This document shows, piece by piece, positions 26,670 to 35,123 of a DNA stretch of 64,000 nt. Each line of letters opens with the position of its first letter. Position 1 is the first letter of the stretch. The notes under the pieces were generated by a model, which was given only the letters and a program-made list of their open reading frames with translations, had not been told where the DNA came from and did not search any database. Source of the DNA: a virus; IMG/VR virus record IMGVR_UViG_3300032397_000003, positions 1-64,000 of that record; one strand, 5' to 3'. The position numbers and the translations under genes were made by a program.

Positions 26670-27884
26670 TTATTTATTAGTATTAAAAAATTCTTCATGT
26701 TTATTATAATGTTTTTGTAAAAAATACTCTTCTTCCAATCTTTCATAATTTTCAATATACCACTCAATTTTATCTTTGTTTTCTTCGACAAATTTTAAAT
26801 AAATATTTCTTTGCTTTGAATATTTAGTCTTATTAGCAGGAATTTGTAGTATCTTTAGAATTCTATAAAAAGAGGCATAACCTAAAATATGATTATGATT
26901 TTTATTATATAATTCAAATAATTCAGTTATTTCAATTATATCAAAATAATATTGTAGTATGAAAGATATATCTAATTCAACATATCCTGCATGGGATTTA
27001 CCTACATTCACTTTATTTTCTATTCTCTTCTTCCCACCTTTTTCTCCTGCTCTTTTCATTATAGATGGATCATCATTTTTAGTTTTCATTTCTTTTTCTT
27101 TTTGCTTTACTATAATATCTGGATTATCTTTAAAAGCTTGTTTGATATTATTTATTTTTTCTTGTTTTTGATCTGGAGTTTTATTTTCCCAATTTTCAGA
27201 TAATTTTTTATTTGCATTAAGTTTTATGTCTGGATTTTGCTCTAAGGTTATTTTTAAATTTTTAACTTGATTCTCTACTATTTCAGGATTATCCTTTTTT
27301 GTTTTACTAGCTTTTTTTCCAGCATTTTTCATTATAGAGGGATCATTTCTTTTAGTTTCCATTTCTTTTACTTTCTTTTTCTTCTCGTAGTCTGGAATGT
27401 TATTTATAGTTTTTTTATAATTTTGTACCCGTTTCTCCTCATTTTCTTTAGATAACCCCCTACCACCATCTCCTCCATTTCTCATATTGGTTAAAATACC
27501 TAATTTTTTATCAGCTCTACCAATCATTTTTATAAAAAATCTTTCCAATAAATAAGAAGTTTCTTCTTCTAAATTTTCACAAATTTTATAAATTACAACC
27601 TCTTTTCCTTCACGATGAATCTTATTTATTGTATTAACTTTATGTCTATTGTATTTTGGTTTTTCTTCTTGAATCGATTCTGCTTCATATTTTTTAATTC
27701 TATTAGCTTCATTTAAATGATCGTTCAGTCTTAAATCTTTTCCTTTACCAATATAAAATGGGGCACAGGGAAAGTCGATACCAATCCCATTTTCTTGATA
27801 ACTATAAATTCCTGGTTTTAATGGATTACAATAAACGTATACATAAAATCTTAAATCATTCATACTATTACCTATTCTTATCAT
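26670..27884 (-). CDS. Free-standing GIY-YIG (LEM-3-like) homing endonuclease
   Basis: FYVYVYCNP...PFYIGKGK..R..DH...ERFFI...LTNMRNGGDG followed by K-rich repeats; may start at 27863. Confidence 0.82.
   Translation of the reverse strand: MIRIGNSMNDLRFYVYVYCNPLKPGIYSYQENGIGIDFPCAPFYIGKGKDLRLNDHLNEANRIKKYEAESIQEEKPKYNRHKVNTINKIHREGKEVVIYKICENLEEETSYLLERFFIKMIGRADKKLGILTNMRNGGDGGRGLSKENEEKRVQNYKKTINNIPDYEKKKKVKEMETKRNDPSIMKNAGKKASKTKKDNPEIVENQVKNLKITLEQNPDIKLNANKKLSENWENKTPDQKQEKINNIKQAFKDNPDIIVKQKEKEMKTKNDDPSIMKRAGEKGGKKRIENKVNVGKSHAGYVELDISFILQYYFDIIEITELFELYNKNHNHILGYASFYRILKILQIPANKTKYSKQRNIYLKFVEENKDKIEWYIENYERLEEEYFLQKHYNKHEEFFNTNK
26675..26682 (-). promoter_or_regulatory. TACTAATA promoter for portal, embedded in last codons of endonuclease
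   Basis: AAT ACT AAT AAA TAA; 29 nt upstream of portal ATG. Confidence 0.7.
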
Positions 27885-27922
27885 TTAATTTTAATAGAAA
27901 ATTGCCGTAATCTATTATTTAT

Positions 27923-28007
27923 TAGTATAGAAACTTTGGAAGAATATAAAAGGATAAGACTCTTATATTCTTATCAGTCGGCAAACCTATCCAAAATTTC
28001 TATACTA
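27923..28007 (-). ncRNA. Structured leader / antisense-like RNA upstream of endonuclease
   Basis: 18-bp closing stem and 13-bp inner stem, each with a G-U pair only on the minus strand; loops complementary to downstream sites. Confidence 0.55.
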
Positions 28008-29567
28008 CTATAACTTCCATTCATTATTGATATATACTATTGCTTGTTTCATACCATTTTCAAATAGTATACCATTTCCATGTAACCAAGATGAAGCACC
28101 ATCACTATTATATAATTGTTGTAATTCACAAAGACAAGGTATCTGTAATACATCCCTCCAAATATTATATGAATGACTATGTCCTATAATAGCTTTATTA
28201 TATGCTATTTCTATTCCTCTAAAACTACCCTTTGATCCATTACTTCCAGCATGCCCATGAGTATTCATTTCACATCCATTGATAATAAAAGATTGCCCTT
28301 TTCTCAGAAAAATATGATTACTGATAGTAAAATGTTTTTTAAGATACTCTTCAATTGGATTTTTATTATTGGCTAAATAAAGAAATAATTCAGCTCCTAT
28401 TTTCATATTTGCTACATCTTTTACAAATTCCCCTTCCTCTAGATATCTATTTACAAAATAATTATGATTAGAATGTATATGATAAAATTTTATATCTGGG
28501 AATTCTTTCTGCCACTGTTCTAAAAAATTACCTAAATAATTTAATTCTTTTTCTAAAGATTGTTGATGTTCATCTACTTGAGTTCTTAATCCATTTTTAT
28601 TTTTTGTATGAGGATTTATAGATAAAGCATCGAAACTATCATGTATAAATATATTTTTAGGTTCACATAGAGAGGTAACTTCTTTAAATAGTGTCATAGC
28701 TTTTTGAGATTCTACTCCTATATGAGGTTCACATATAAGTGAGTTTACTTTTAAATTTGTAACTTTATTATTTGTATAATATTTATTTAAATCTTGAAAT
28801 CCTTTACCGTCAAAGCGAATTGCACGTTGATGAAAGATTTTATCATCCTTTACTTCTATAATCCATCCAGCTAAACAATTATCTTCTTTAGCTATTTGTC
28901 CTTGTCTTGTATTTGCATAAGTAGGTGTACATATAGTTCCAGTACTTAATACAATATGAGGTGTTTCATTATGTTGTTTTGGAATAGTATTTAACATTTG
29001 TTTTGAATGAGCTATGATAAGAGATTGTTTTTTACCCCCATATCTTTGTAATCCTGATAAGGGTAATATCTGTTGGGGACTTAACATAAAATCTTTTGCT
29101 ATAAGATTACTATTAAAAATATACTCAGTTATAAAATATTTTGAATATTTTTCTATAGTAGCTTCTGAAAATGAATCGTTACTATTAACCCCCCTCATAA
29201 CAAATAAGAGTGGTTGAGCTTGATTAAATTCACAGTAATTAAGTATAGACTCCCAGAATAATTCATTTATTTTTGAATTAGGTATAATAGATGATATAAA
29301 ATATTTCTTATTCTTTTCTTTATTTGTAAATTTTATATCTATGTCTTCTCTAGCTACAGTATTTTTATTTGTTATTAGTTCCTTCTTAGCCAATGTAAAT
29401 GAACCATAATACTTATCTATTAAAGATTCATTATATTTACCATGGCTCCTATAATAACCTCTAGTTATTTCTTTATTATTTTTTTTAAAAAACTCATTAT
29501 GTAAACACTGAATATCCTCTAGTACTGATTTCTTTGTTCCAGTTAAAAGTTTTTGATTGATTGTCAT
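28008..29567 (-). CDS. T5 A1-like metallophosphoesterase/nuclease
   Basis: HDSFD, HSNHN, HGHAGSNGSKGS, IGHSHS, SSW motifs; N-terminal helical repeat. Confidence 0.72.
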   Translation of the reverse strand: MTINQKLLTGTKKSVLEDIQCLHNEFFKKNNKEITRGYYRSHGKYNESLIDKYYGSFTLAKKELITNKNTVAREDIDIKFTNKEKNKKYFISSIIPNSKINELFWESILNYCEFNQAQPLLFVMRGVNSNDSFSEATIEKYSKYFITEYIFNSNLIAKDFMLSPQQILPLSGLQRYGGKKQSLIIAHSKQMLNTIPKQHNETPHIVLSTGTICTPTYANTRQGQIAKEDNCLAGWIIEVKDDKIFHQRAIRFDGKGFQDLNKYYTNNKVTNLKVNSLICEPHIGVESQKAMTLFKEVTSLCEPKNIFIHDSFDALSINPHTKNKNGLRTQVDEHQQSLEKELNYLGNFLEQWQKEFPDIKFYHIHSNHNYFVNRYLEEGEFVKDVANMKIGAELFLYLANNKNPIEEYLKKHFTISNHIFLRKGQSFIINGCEMNTHGHAGSNGSKGSFRGIEIAYNKAIIGHSHSYNIWRDVLQIPCLCELQQLYNSDGASSWLHGNGILFENGMKQAIVYINNEWKL

Positions 29568-29598
29568 TGAATTTTTAATTCTCCTTTAAAAGATTGTT

Positions 29599-29631
29599 TA
29601 CTAATAATATTAAAATATTTTTTAATTAGTA
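29599..29631. promoter_or_regulatory. Face-to-face class A promoters (TACTAATA + at 29599-29606; TACTAATT - at 29624-29631)
   Basis: Both motifs lie between the divergent genes 29567(-) and 29644(+). Confidence 0.6.
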
Positions 29632-29643
29632 TAAGGGATAAAT

Positions 29644-30354
29644 ATGGAAAGATATAAACGAAAATATGATGAAAATATTTTTATGGGCGAGACGATGTCA
29701 ATGTTAGAAATGGTTTTACATCCTGATAATTATGTAAATTTAATAAAAGATAAAATAATTAGTTTTTATAATAAAAACATATTTACAGATATAAATGATT
29801 TAATAGTATCACTAAATAGTTACTTAATAGATGAAAAAATACAATTTAAGTTATCAGATAAAAAACTATCTAAATATGATAGTGGTTTACAATCAGCTAG
29901 ATATTATCCCAAAGCTAATGTAATAGTAATTTTATATACTGATGACATTTTAAATGCCTTTAAAATGAGAGGTCAAACTAATGACTATTCAGATTTTAAA
30001 TGGTTTTTAGAAGACTTTGAAGAATTTCTTGGGCATGAAACAATTCATCGTATGCAATCATTTAAAGATAAAGTTAATAACATAAAAGCTACATCGACCG
30101 AAAATGAAAAGGAACATTATTCACAAACTAAAGAAATAATGTCCTATGCATGGCAAATTGTGCAAACATTCAAAATGTATGGGAAAGATGAAGATTATAT
30201 AAAATTTATATTATCAAGTAAAAGAGATGAACCAAATGTAAAAGTTATAAATTTTATTCCTGTATTTAAAAAATATTATAATTTATTTGATAAAGATTCT
30301 AATGTAATGAAATTACTATATAAATATATTTATTTATATATTGATAATAAATAG
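29644..30354 (+). CDS. HExxH metallopeptidase-like protein with MERYKRKYDE leader
   Basis: LGHETIHRMQ...HYSQTKEIMSYA; paralogue of 33483-34193. Confidence 0.7.
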   Translation: MERYKRKYDENIFMGETMSMLEMVLHPDNYVNLIKDKIISFYNKNIFTDINDLIVSLNSYLIDEKIQFKLSDKKLSKYDSGLQSARYYPKANVIVILYTDDILNAFKMRGQTNDYSDFKWFLEDFEEFLGHETIHRMQSFKDKVNNIKATSTENEKEHYSQTKEIMSYAWQIVQTFKMYGKDEDYIKFILSSKRDEPNVKVINFIPVFKKYYNLFDKDSNVMKLLYKYIYLYIDNK

Positions 30355-30363
30355 GTATAAATA

Positions 30364-31014
30364 ATGGATGATCAATCAAATAGATTAACAAAATCATCGG
30401 GATTTACAATAGCCGATATCGTGAAATTATCTTGGAAATACTACCGTTCCAAAGAAGGTGATAATAAAAATACAAGAATGAAAGTAGATATCAAATCTGC
30501 TAGAGTCACAAAAAGACAAAATTATCAGTATGATCCTTCTACAAAACAGTTTGAACAAACTGGGCGTGATATTCGTTTGGATTTTATTGTGGCATCTGAT
30601 CCTAAATCATATAAGAAAACTGACAACATTAAAATACATAAATATCCCGTGACGTTTATCATTCATTCTTTAGAATTAGGGATGTTTTCAACTTTCAAAC
30701 TTCGTGAAGGGGGTTTGAAAAAACCTATATTTGCAAATCCCAGTATGTCCTCTCAACAAATAGGAGAAAAAAATATTAGGAATGGAGTGGATATGCATTT
30801 TGTGTATTCCCTTATGTTTGTTTATAAAAAGTATAATTTATTATTTGGAAGGAACTATACAAGTAGACCCCCCATAAAAACTAACCCTAAAATGATACCT
30901 TATTTTGGAAAACATTCATTTTTCATCGTAAAATTTATTCTACCAAAATTGATTGGAACTAATGGTGGGATACTTGCTAATGCAATATATAAGAATGATG
31001 GAAAAAACAAATAG
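30364..31014 (+). CDS. Basic hypothetical protein
   Basis: 216-aa ORF. Confidence 0.7.
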   Translation: MDDQSNRLTKSSGFTIADIVKLSWKYYRSKEGDNKNTRMKVDIKSARVTKRQNYQYDPSTKQFEQTGRDIRLDFIVASDPKSYKKTDNIKIHKYPVTFIIHSLELGMFSTFKLREGGLKKPIFANPSMSSQQIGEKNIRNGVDMHFVYSLMFVYKKYNLLFGRNYTSRPPIKTNPKMIPYFGKHSFFIVKFILPKLIGTNGGILANAIYKNDGKNK

Positions 31015-31041
31015 AGGGCCTAGTCGTTTAAGCCCTCTATT
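31010..31041. terminator. Hairpin terminator between convergent genes
   Basis: AATAGAGGGC-12nt-GCCCTCTATT. Confidence 0.75.
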
Positions 31042-31048
31042 AACTTAA

Positions 31049-31558
31049 TTACTTAGTGATTCTTTTGTATCTTTCTCTAACTACCGGAGGAGCATCCTTG
31101 TCAGCATCTCCATCAATATCATTCATATCAAGAGCAGGGGCACCTTCTTCTTCATCAAGCTCCTTTTCATCATCCTTTTTTTCTTCATCATCTTCTTCAT
31201 CTACTTTCTGCATAATACCATCTGTGATTTCTTCTACATCATCAGAATCTTCCTCTGATTCCATAAAATCATCAAAATCACTTGATGCTTCTAATTCCCA
31301 TACTGTATCAATAAGGGTAGCTACTGCTGGGTCTGTTGCTCCTATTGTATCAATAATTGAACCAATTACATCTTCTACTTGATCGATTGCATCTTCAATA
31401 ACAGAAGAATCTACTTCATCTTCTTCTCTTAATTTTCTTACTTCCCTTCTTATAGCATAAAGTTCTTTAATTGCTTTTTTTAAAGTTTTAGCTGTAGAAG
31501 GTTTTTCTTTTTTACTCTCACCAAATAGTGAAGTGTATAGTTTGTATTTTTTTGACAT
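31049..31558 (-). CDS. Highly acidic protein, prohead core/scaffold-like candidate
   Basis: D/E-rich; many [LF]xE sites; C-terminal ERYKR; TACTAATA at 31588-31595. Confidence 0.5.
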   Translation of the reverse strand: MSKKYKLYTSLFGESKKEKPSTAKTLKKAIKELYAIRREVRKLREEDEVDSSVIEDAIDQVEDVIGSIIDTIGATDPAVATLIDTVWELEASSDFDDFMESEEDSDDVEEITDGIMQKVDEEDDEEKKDDEKELDEEEGAPALDMNDIDGDADKDAPPVVRERYKRITK

Positions 31559-31612
31559 TTGAGTTATCCCTCTTTTTGTTAATTTTTTATTAGTATATAA
31601 TTTTTAAATAAT

Positions 31613-32152
31613 TTAATTCTCATTTACAAATGTATTTATCGCTTCCCGTATACTACTTGATAGAATCCCTCTATATAATGTTAATTCGTATTGTTTATTG
31701 ATAACCTGTTTTACAAATAAACTACCGAATAGTTTTGTACATTCCATAATAAGAGGGATTTTATTTCCATTCTCATCTTTGATTATTTCTACAATAATAT
31801 CCCCTCTTTTAATAGCAATAGCTTCTTCATCTATATTACCTGATAAAGGAACTTTTAATTGTATTGGAAGCAAATCCCAAATATCGATAGCGTCTGTATT
31901 TATTTGTTGATTGATACCATCATAAGTTTCAAACATCTGAACATTGGAAGCATAAGGATGTTTTATAATAACATTATTAAGTATGTAACTAGCTACAGAT
32001 TCTTGAGTTTCCCCCATTACATCCGCTACTGTTTTTGTAATTCTTAAAATCTTACATTCAGTACCAAGTAATGTTTTAATATTAAAATCATTTAATTTTC
32101 TTAAAACCGGACTGAGTTTCTCACTCAGAGAATCCACAATAGAATATGCCAT
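31613..32152 (-). CDS. Putative head-completion/neck protein
   Basis: DVMGE...KRGDII pattern and context next to tail-completion-like gene; weak. Confidence 0.4.
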   Translation of the reverse strand: MAYSIVDSLSEKLSPVLRKLNDFNIKTLLGTECKILRITKTVADVMGETQESVASYILNNVIIKHPYASNVQMFETYDGINQQINTDAIDIWDLLPIQLKVPLSGNIDEEAIAIKRGDIIVEIIKDENGNKIPLIMECTKLFGSLFVKQVINKQYELTLYRGILSSSIREAINTFVNEN

Positions 32153-32154
32153 CT

Positions 32155-32436
32155 TTATATCCTATTTATTAAGGCTAGGTGTAAACTATTTTTAAAATCT
32201 TTTTTTACTATATCATTAGCCGATCCTTGACCGAAATTATCAATAACATCCAAAATATTATACTGCTTCAATGGGCCTAATTTAATAGTTCTAACTTTTT
32301 TAGCCCACTTAGCATTATCCTTATCTGAGTTTATTTTCATAAACTCTTCAAATATATCATTTATTATTTTAGCATTAACATCTGATTTAGGATCCACTAC
32401 TGTCATTACTTCTTTATATCTTTGATATCTTTTCAT
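32155..32436 (-). CDS. Hypothetical protein with MKRYQRYKE leader
   Basis: 93-aa ORF; TAATG overlap. Confidence 0.7.
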   Translation of the reverse strand: MKRYQRYKEVMTVVDPKSDVNAKIINDIFEEFMKINSDKDNAKWAKKVRTIKLGPLKQYNILDVIDNFGQGSANDIVKKDFKNSLHLALINRI

Positions 32437-33482
32437 TATGCCCCCGTTGTAAAAGTTAAACTATAATCATCTTCTAAATTTATTCCATCACAGGATTTAG
32501 CTGAAGTATTTATTAGTATATTATATTCAGTTAAAGATGTTAAATTACTTCTAGGATTTATAGTAAGAATTTTTGAAGCTATATCAAAACTCATATCTGC
32601 ATCAATATAAGGAACCATATCTAAATTACTATAAACACTATCTTCGTTCATAGCAACATTAAAAGTTAAAACTATATTTGTGCTTCTTGCAACACCTGTA
32701 GCATTATTTACAATATTAGAAGTAATAGTTGGTATAGAAGGGGAATGTGCAGTATCCAATAAAATATTCTGTTCTAGATTTTTTTGATTTTCTAGTTGTG
32801 ATAAACGGAGTATTATGTCATCCACGTGATATACAATCTTAGGAATATTTATACCCCCAGTGGTATCTTGAGTGGGACTATTTTGCATATTAAGAACTAT
32901 ATATGAGCACTTGACGTCAACAGTATGGGTAACCGGGTAGAGTTTTCCAACTGCAAACTGAGATTCTATATCGAAGGCTAGCTGTCCTCTTTCTGTTGTA
33001 TAATTTAAATCTATAACCATAGAACATAATACACCATTTAAAGTAACTGGCACATCTAGTCTTGTTAAACAAGATTCGTCTGCCGCAAATAGAGTCATTC
33101 CCCTCCAGAAGTCATATGGAGTAGTAAAGAAGGTTGTTAGTGGTATCGTAAGTAGCATAGGAATAAAGGAAACATAAGCACCAACTAATTCACTATAGAA
33201 ATTACCATTTACTTGATAGTGGCTACGATAATCGAGCGGGGCGTCGTCCGAAATATTGTACGCTGTGAACGGAAACTTTCCATTACTTGTTTTAAAGGCA
33301 TCTATTGATCTTCTGATAGAATTAGCATCATCAGAAGTATCGGCTAGAATTATTCTTTTTCTAGCCTCTACCGGGGTTTCATTAGGATATACCATTTGAG
33401 AAAAATATAATATAACCCTCTCTAATACAGCTTGAACTGCATAAGGATAGTTTACCGAAGAGGAATAATAACGTTCTGACAT
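32436..33482 (-). CDS. Putative tail-completion/terminator protein with C-terminal Ig-like (Big_5) domain
   Basis: C-terminal NNATGV..TNIVLTFN..M...LTINPRSNL...TEYNI.I....DYSLTFTT. Confidence 0.6.
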   Translation of the reverse strand: MSERYYSSSVNYPYAVQAVLERVILYFSQMVYPNETPVEARKRIILADTSDDANSIRRSIDAFKTSNGKFPFTAYNISDDAPLDYRSHYQVNGNFYSELVGAYVSFIPMLLTIPLTTFFTTPYDFWRGMTLFAADESCLTRLDVPVTLNGVLCSMVIDLNYTTERGQLAFDIESQFAVGKLYPVTHTVDVKCSYIVLNMQNSPTQDTTGGINIPKIVYHVDDIILRLSQLENQKNLEQNILLDTAHSPSIPTITSNIVNNATGVARSTNIVLTFNVAMNEDSVYSNLDMVPYIDADMSFDIASKILTINPRSNLTSLTEYNILINTSAKSCDGINLEDDYSLTFTTGA

Positions 33483-34193
33483 TTATACTAACCTCAAATC
33501 ATATCTAACAGGATCATTTATATATTGTACAATATATTTCCTAAATTTTAAAAAAGCATTCCTATTATGCTTATTCATTTCATTTATATAAAAAGTAATA
33601 TGTAATGATTGACTTCTTGCAAAATTGCCTGATTTTAACATTTCCATAATATTATTATTACTATATCCTGAATATCTTAAACTTTCTATATACATATAAG
33701 CATAAGCCATAATCTCTTGTGGATTTTTCATATATTCAATATCTATATCATTATCTATTGATGAGCCTTCAAAATTATAAAAATTTATTTTATCTCCAGC
33801 TCTAACATAATATTGTCCACGATGAACTAATTCATGTGATAGTAGTATAATTAATTCTTTTTCAAATTGATTAAAAACATCAAGATTATCTTTAGATGTA
33901 TAAAAATAAAAATCATCTGTTAGATAGATAATTATATTATCTTTATTTATAACTCCTTCCACTACTCCTTTATTTACTTTCATTGAATCTATAATAACAA
34001 ACTGTATTTTATAGGTATAAAACTTTTCATTAAATAACTGAAGTGCATCACCTTTAAAAAAAATTAAAGTCCTTTTTAATTGCTTTAATTCATCTTTTAA
34101 AATATCTAAATATTTATCTACATGAACAACTGCTTCATTAAATCTTCCTAGTTGATGATAATAAGGATCAAATTTTCTTTTATACCTTTTCAT
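33483..34193 (-). CDS. HExxH metallopeptidase-like protein with MKRYKRKF leader
   Basis: LSHELVHRGQ...YMKNPQEIMAYA. Confidence 0.7.
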   Translation of the reverse strand: MKRYKRKFDPYYHQLGRFNEAVVHVDKYLDILKDELKQLKRTLIFFKGDALQLFNEKFYTYKIQFVIIDSMKVNKGVVEGVINKDNIIIYLTDDFYFYTSKDNLDVFNQFEKELIILLSHELVHRGQYYVRAGDKINFYNFEGSSIDNDIDIEYMKNPQEIMAYAYMYIESLRYSGYSNNNIMEMLKSGNFARSQSLHITFYINEMNKHNRNAFLKFRKYIVQYINDPVRYDLRLV

Positions 34194-34571
34194 TTATACT
34201 GCATCCTGTTGTTTTTGATTCTTCTCATTCTCGTCTTCGTCATCTAATCCAATTGTAACTGGTTTAGCTTTAGGACCATCTTCTGGTTTTTGTGAAGAGG
34301 CAAATCCCGTACTGAGGATATCTTCATTTATAAGCTCCTCATCAAGAAGTGAATCTAAGAATTCTTGAAAATTAGCCTCTTTACTTTCTATAAATTTTTC
34401 AGCACAAAGTTTATTGTTTTCACAAAGTATATCAAACATCATTTCTTTTATGAAATCTAAATTTGATTCTTGTCCTAGAAACTTTGCCTCTCTCTTACAA
34501 TCTAAATATGTTTTATTTATTAGGGAGGCTTTACATCCCCATTCATATAAACAATGTGCTAATAAATTCAT
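34194..34571 (-). CDS. Acidic hypothetical protein
   Basis: 125-aa ORF. Confidence 0.65.
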   Translation of the reverse strand: MNLLAHCLYEWGCKASLINKTYLDCKREAKFLGQESNLDFIKEMMFDILCENNKLCAEKFIESKEANFQEFLDSLLDEELINEDILSTGFASSQKPEDGPKAKPVTIGLDDEDENEKNQKQQDAV

Positions 34572-34579
34572 GTTATCAC

Positions 34580-35068
34580 CTATCTTTTAAGGATATCGAA
34601 TAAACTTTTCCTTGTAGAATCCTGTTCAACCTTTATTTCATCTTGAATCACTTCATCTTGAATAACTTCTTTTTCAACTTCAGGTTCTTTGGTAGATTCT
34701 ACTCCTGATTGTTTTTCTAATATCTCTTTCACTAAAAAAGCATTACTTCTATTAGTTGTAATTATTGCATAATCTCTACATATCTCACATATCTCCACTC
34801 TACTCATAATAAATAATTGAGCTTTAGTATATATAGGCATATTATCTATATTAGGAACTGATTTATAAAGCACTTCATTAGAATCGTAATTCTTTCTTTC
34901 ATAATCAACTAATCCGGATTTATTAGCATCTGTTTTTATAAAAGGAACAAGCTTCTCTGCTACATTAGGATAGGATATCCAATCCTTTGTTAAATTTATA
35001 CCTGCTATCTGCATTGTATATTCTTTTACTGAATCTGTTAATCTATACTGGTGTACTATTCTAGCCAT
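34580..35068 (-). CDS. Hypothetical late protein
   Basis: AAGGAG RBS; TACTAATA at 35095-35102. Confidence 0.7.
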   Translation of the reverse strand: MARIVHQYRLTDSVKEYTMQIAGINLTKDWISYPNVAEKLVPFIKTDANKSGLVDYERKNYDSNEVLYKSVPNIDNMPIYTKAQLFIMSRVEICEICRDYAIITTNRSNAFLVKEILEKQSGVESTKEPEVEKEVIQDEVIQDEIKVEQDSTRKSLFDILKR

Positions 35069-35123
35069 GTGATACTCCTTTACTTTTCATTTTTTATTAG
35101 TAAGAAAACTTTTAATTATTGTT

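Noticed and set aside
26670-28007. Group I intron or intein around the endonuclease
   Set aside because: Flanking genes (A1-like, portal) appear complete with their own starts and stops, so the endonuclease is free-standing
32436-33482. MSERYY start as a member of the leader family
   Set aside because: Lacks the basic/aromatic-x-Glu second half, and the protein looks like an external tail component
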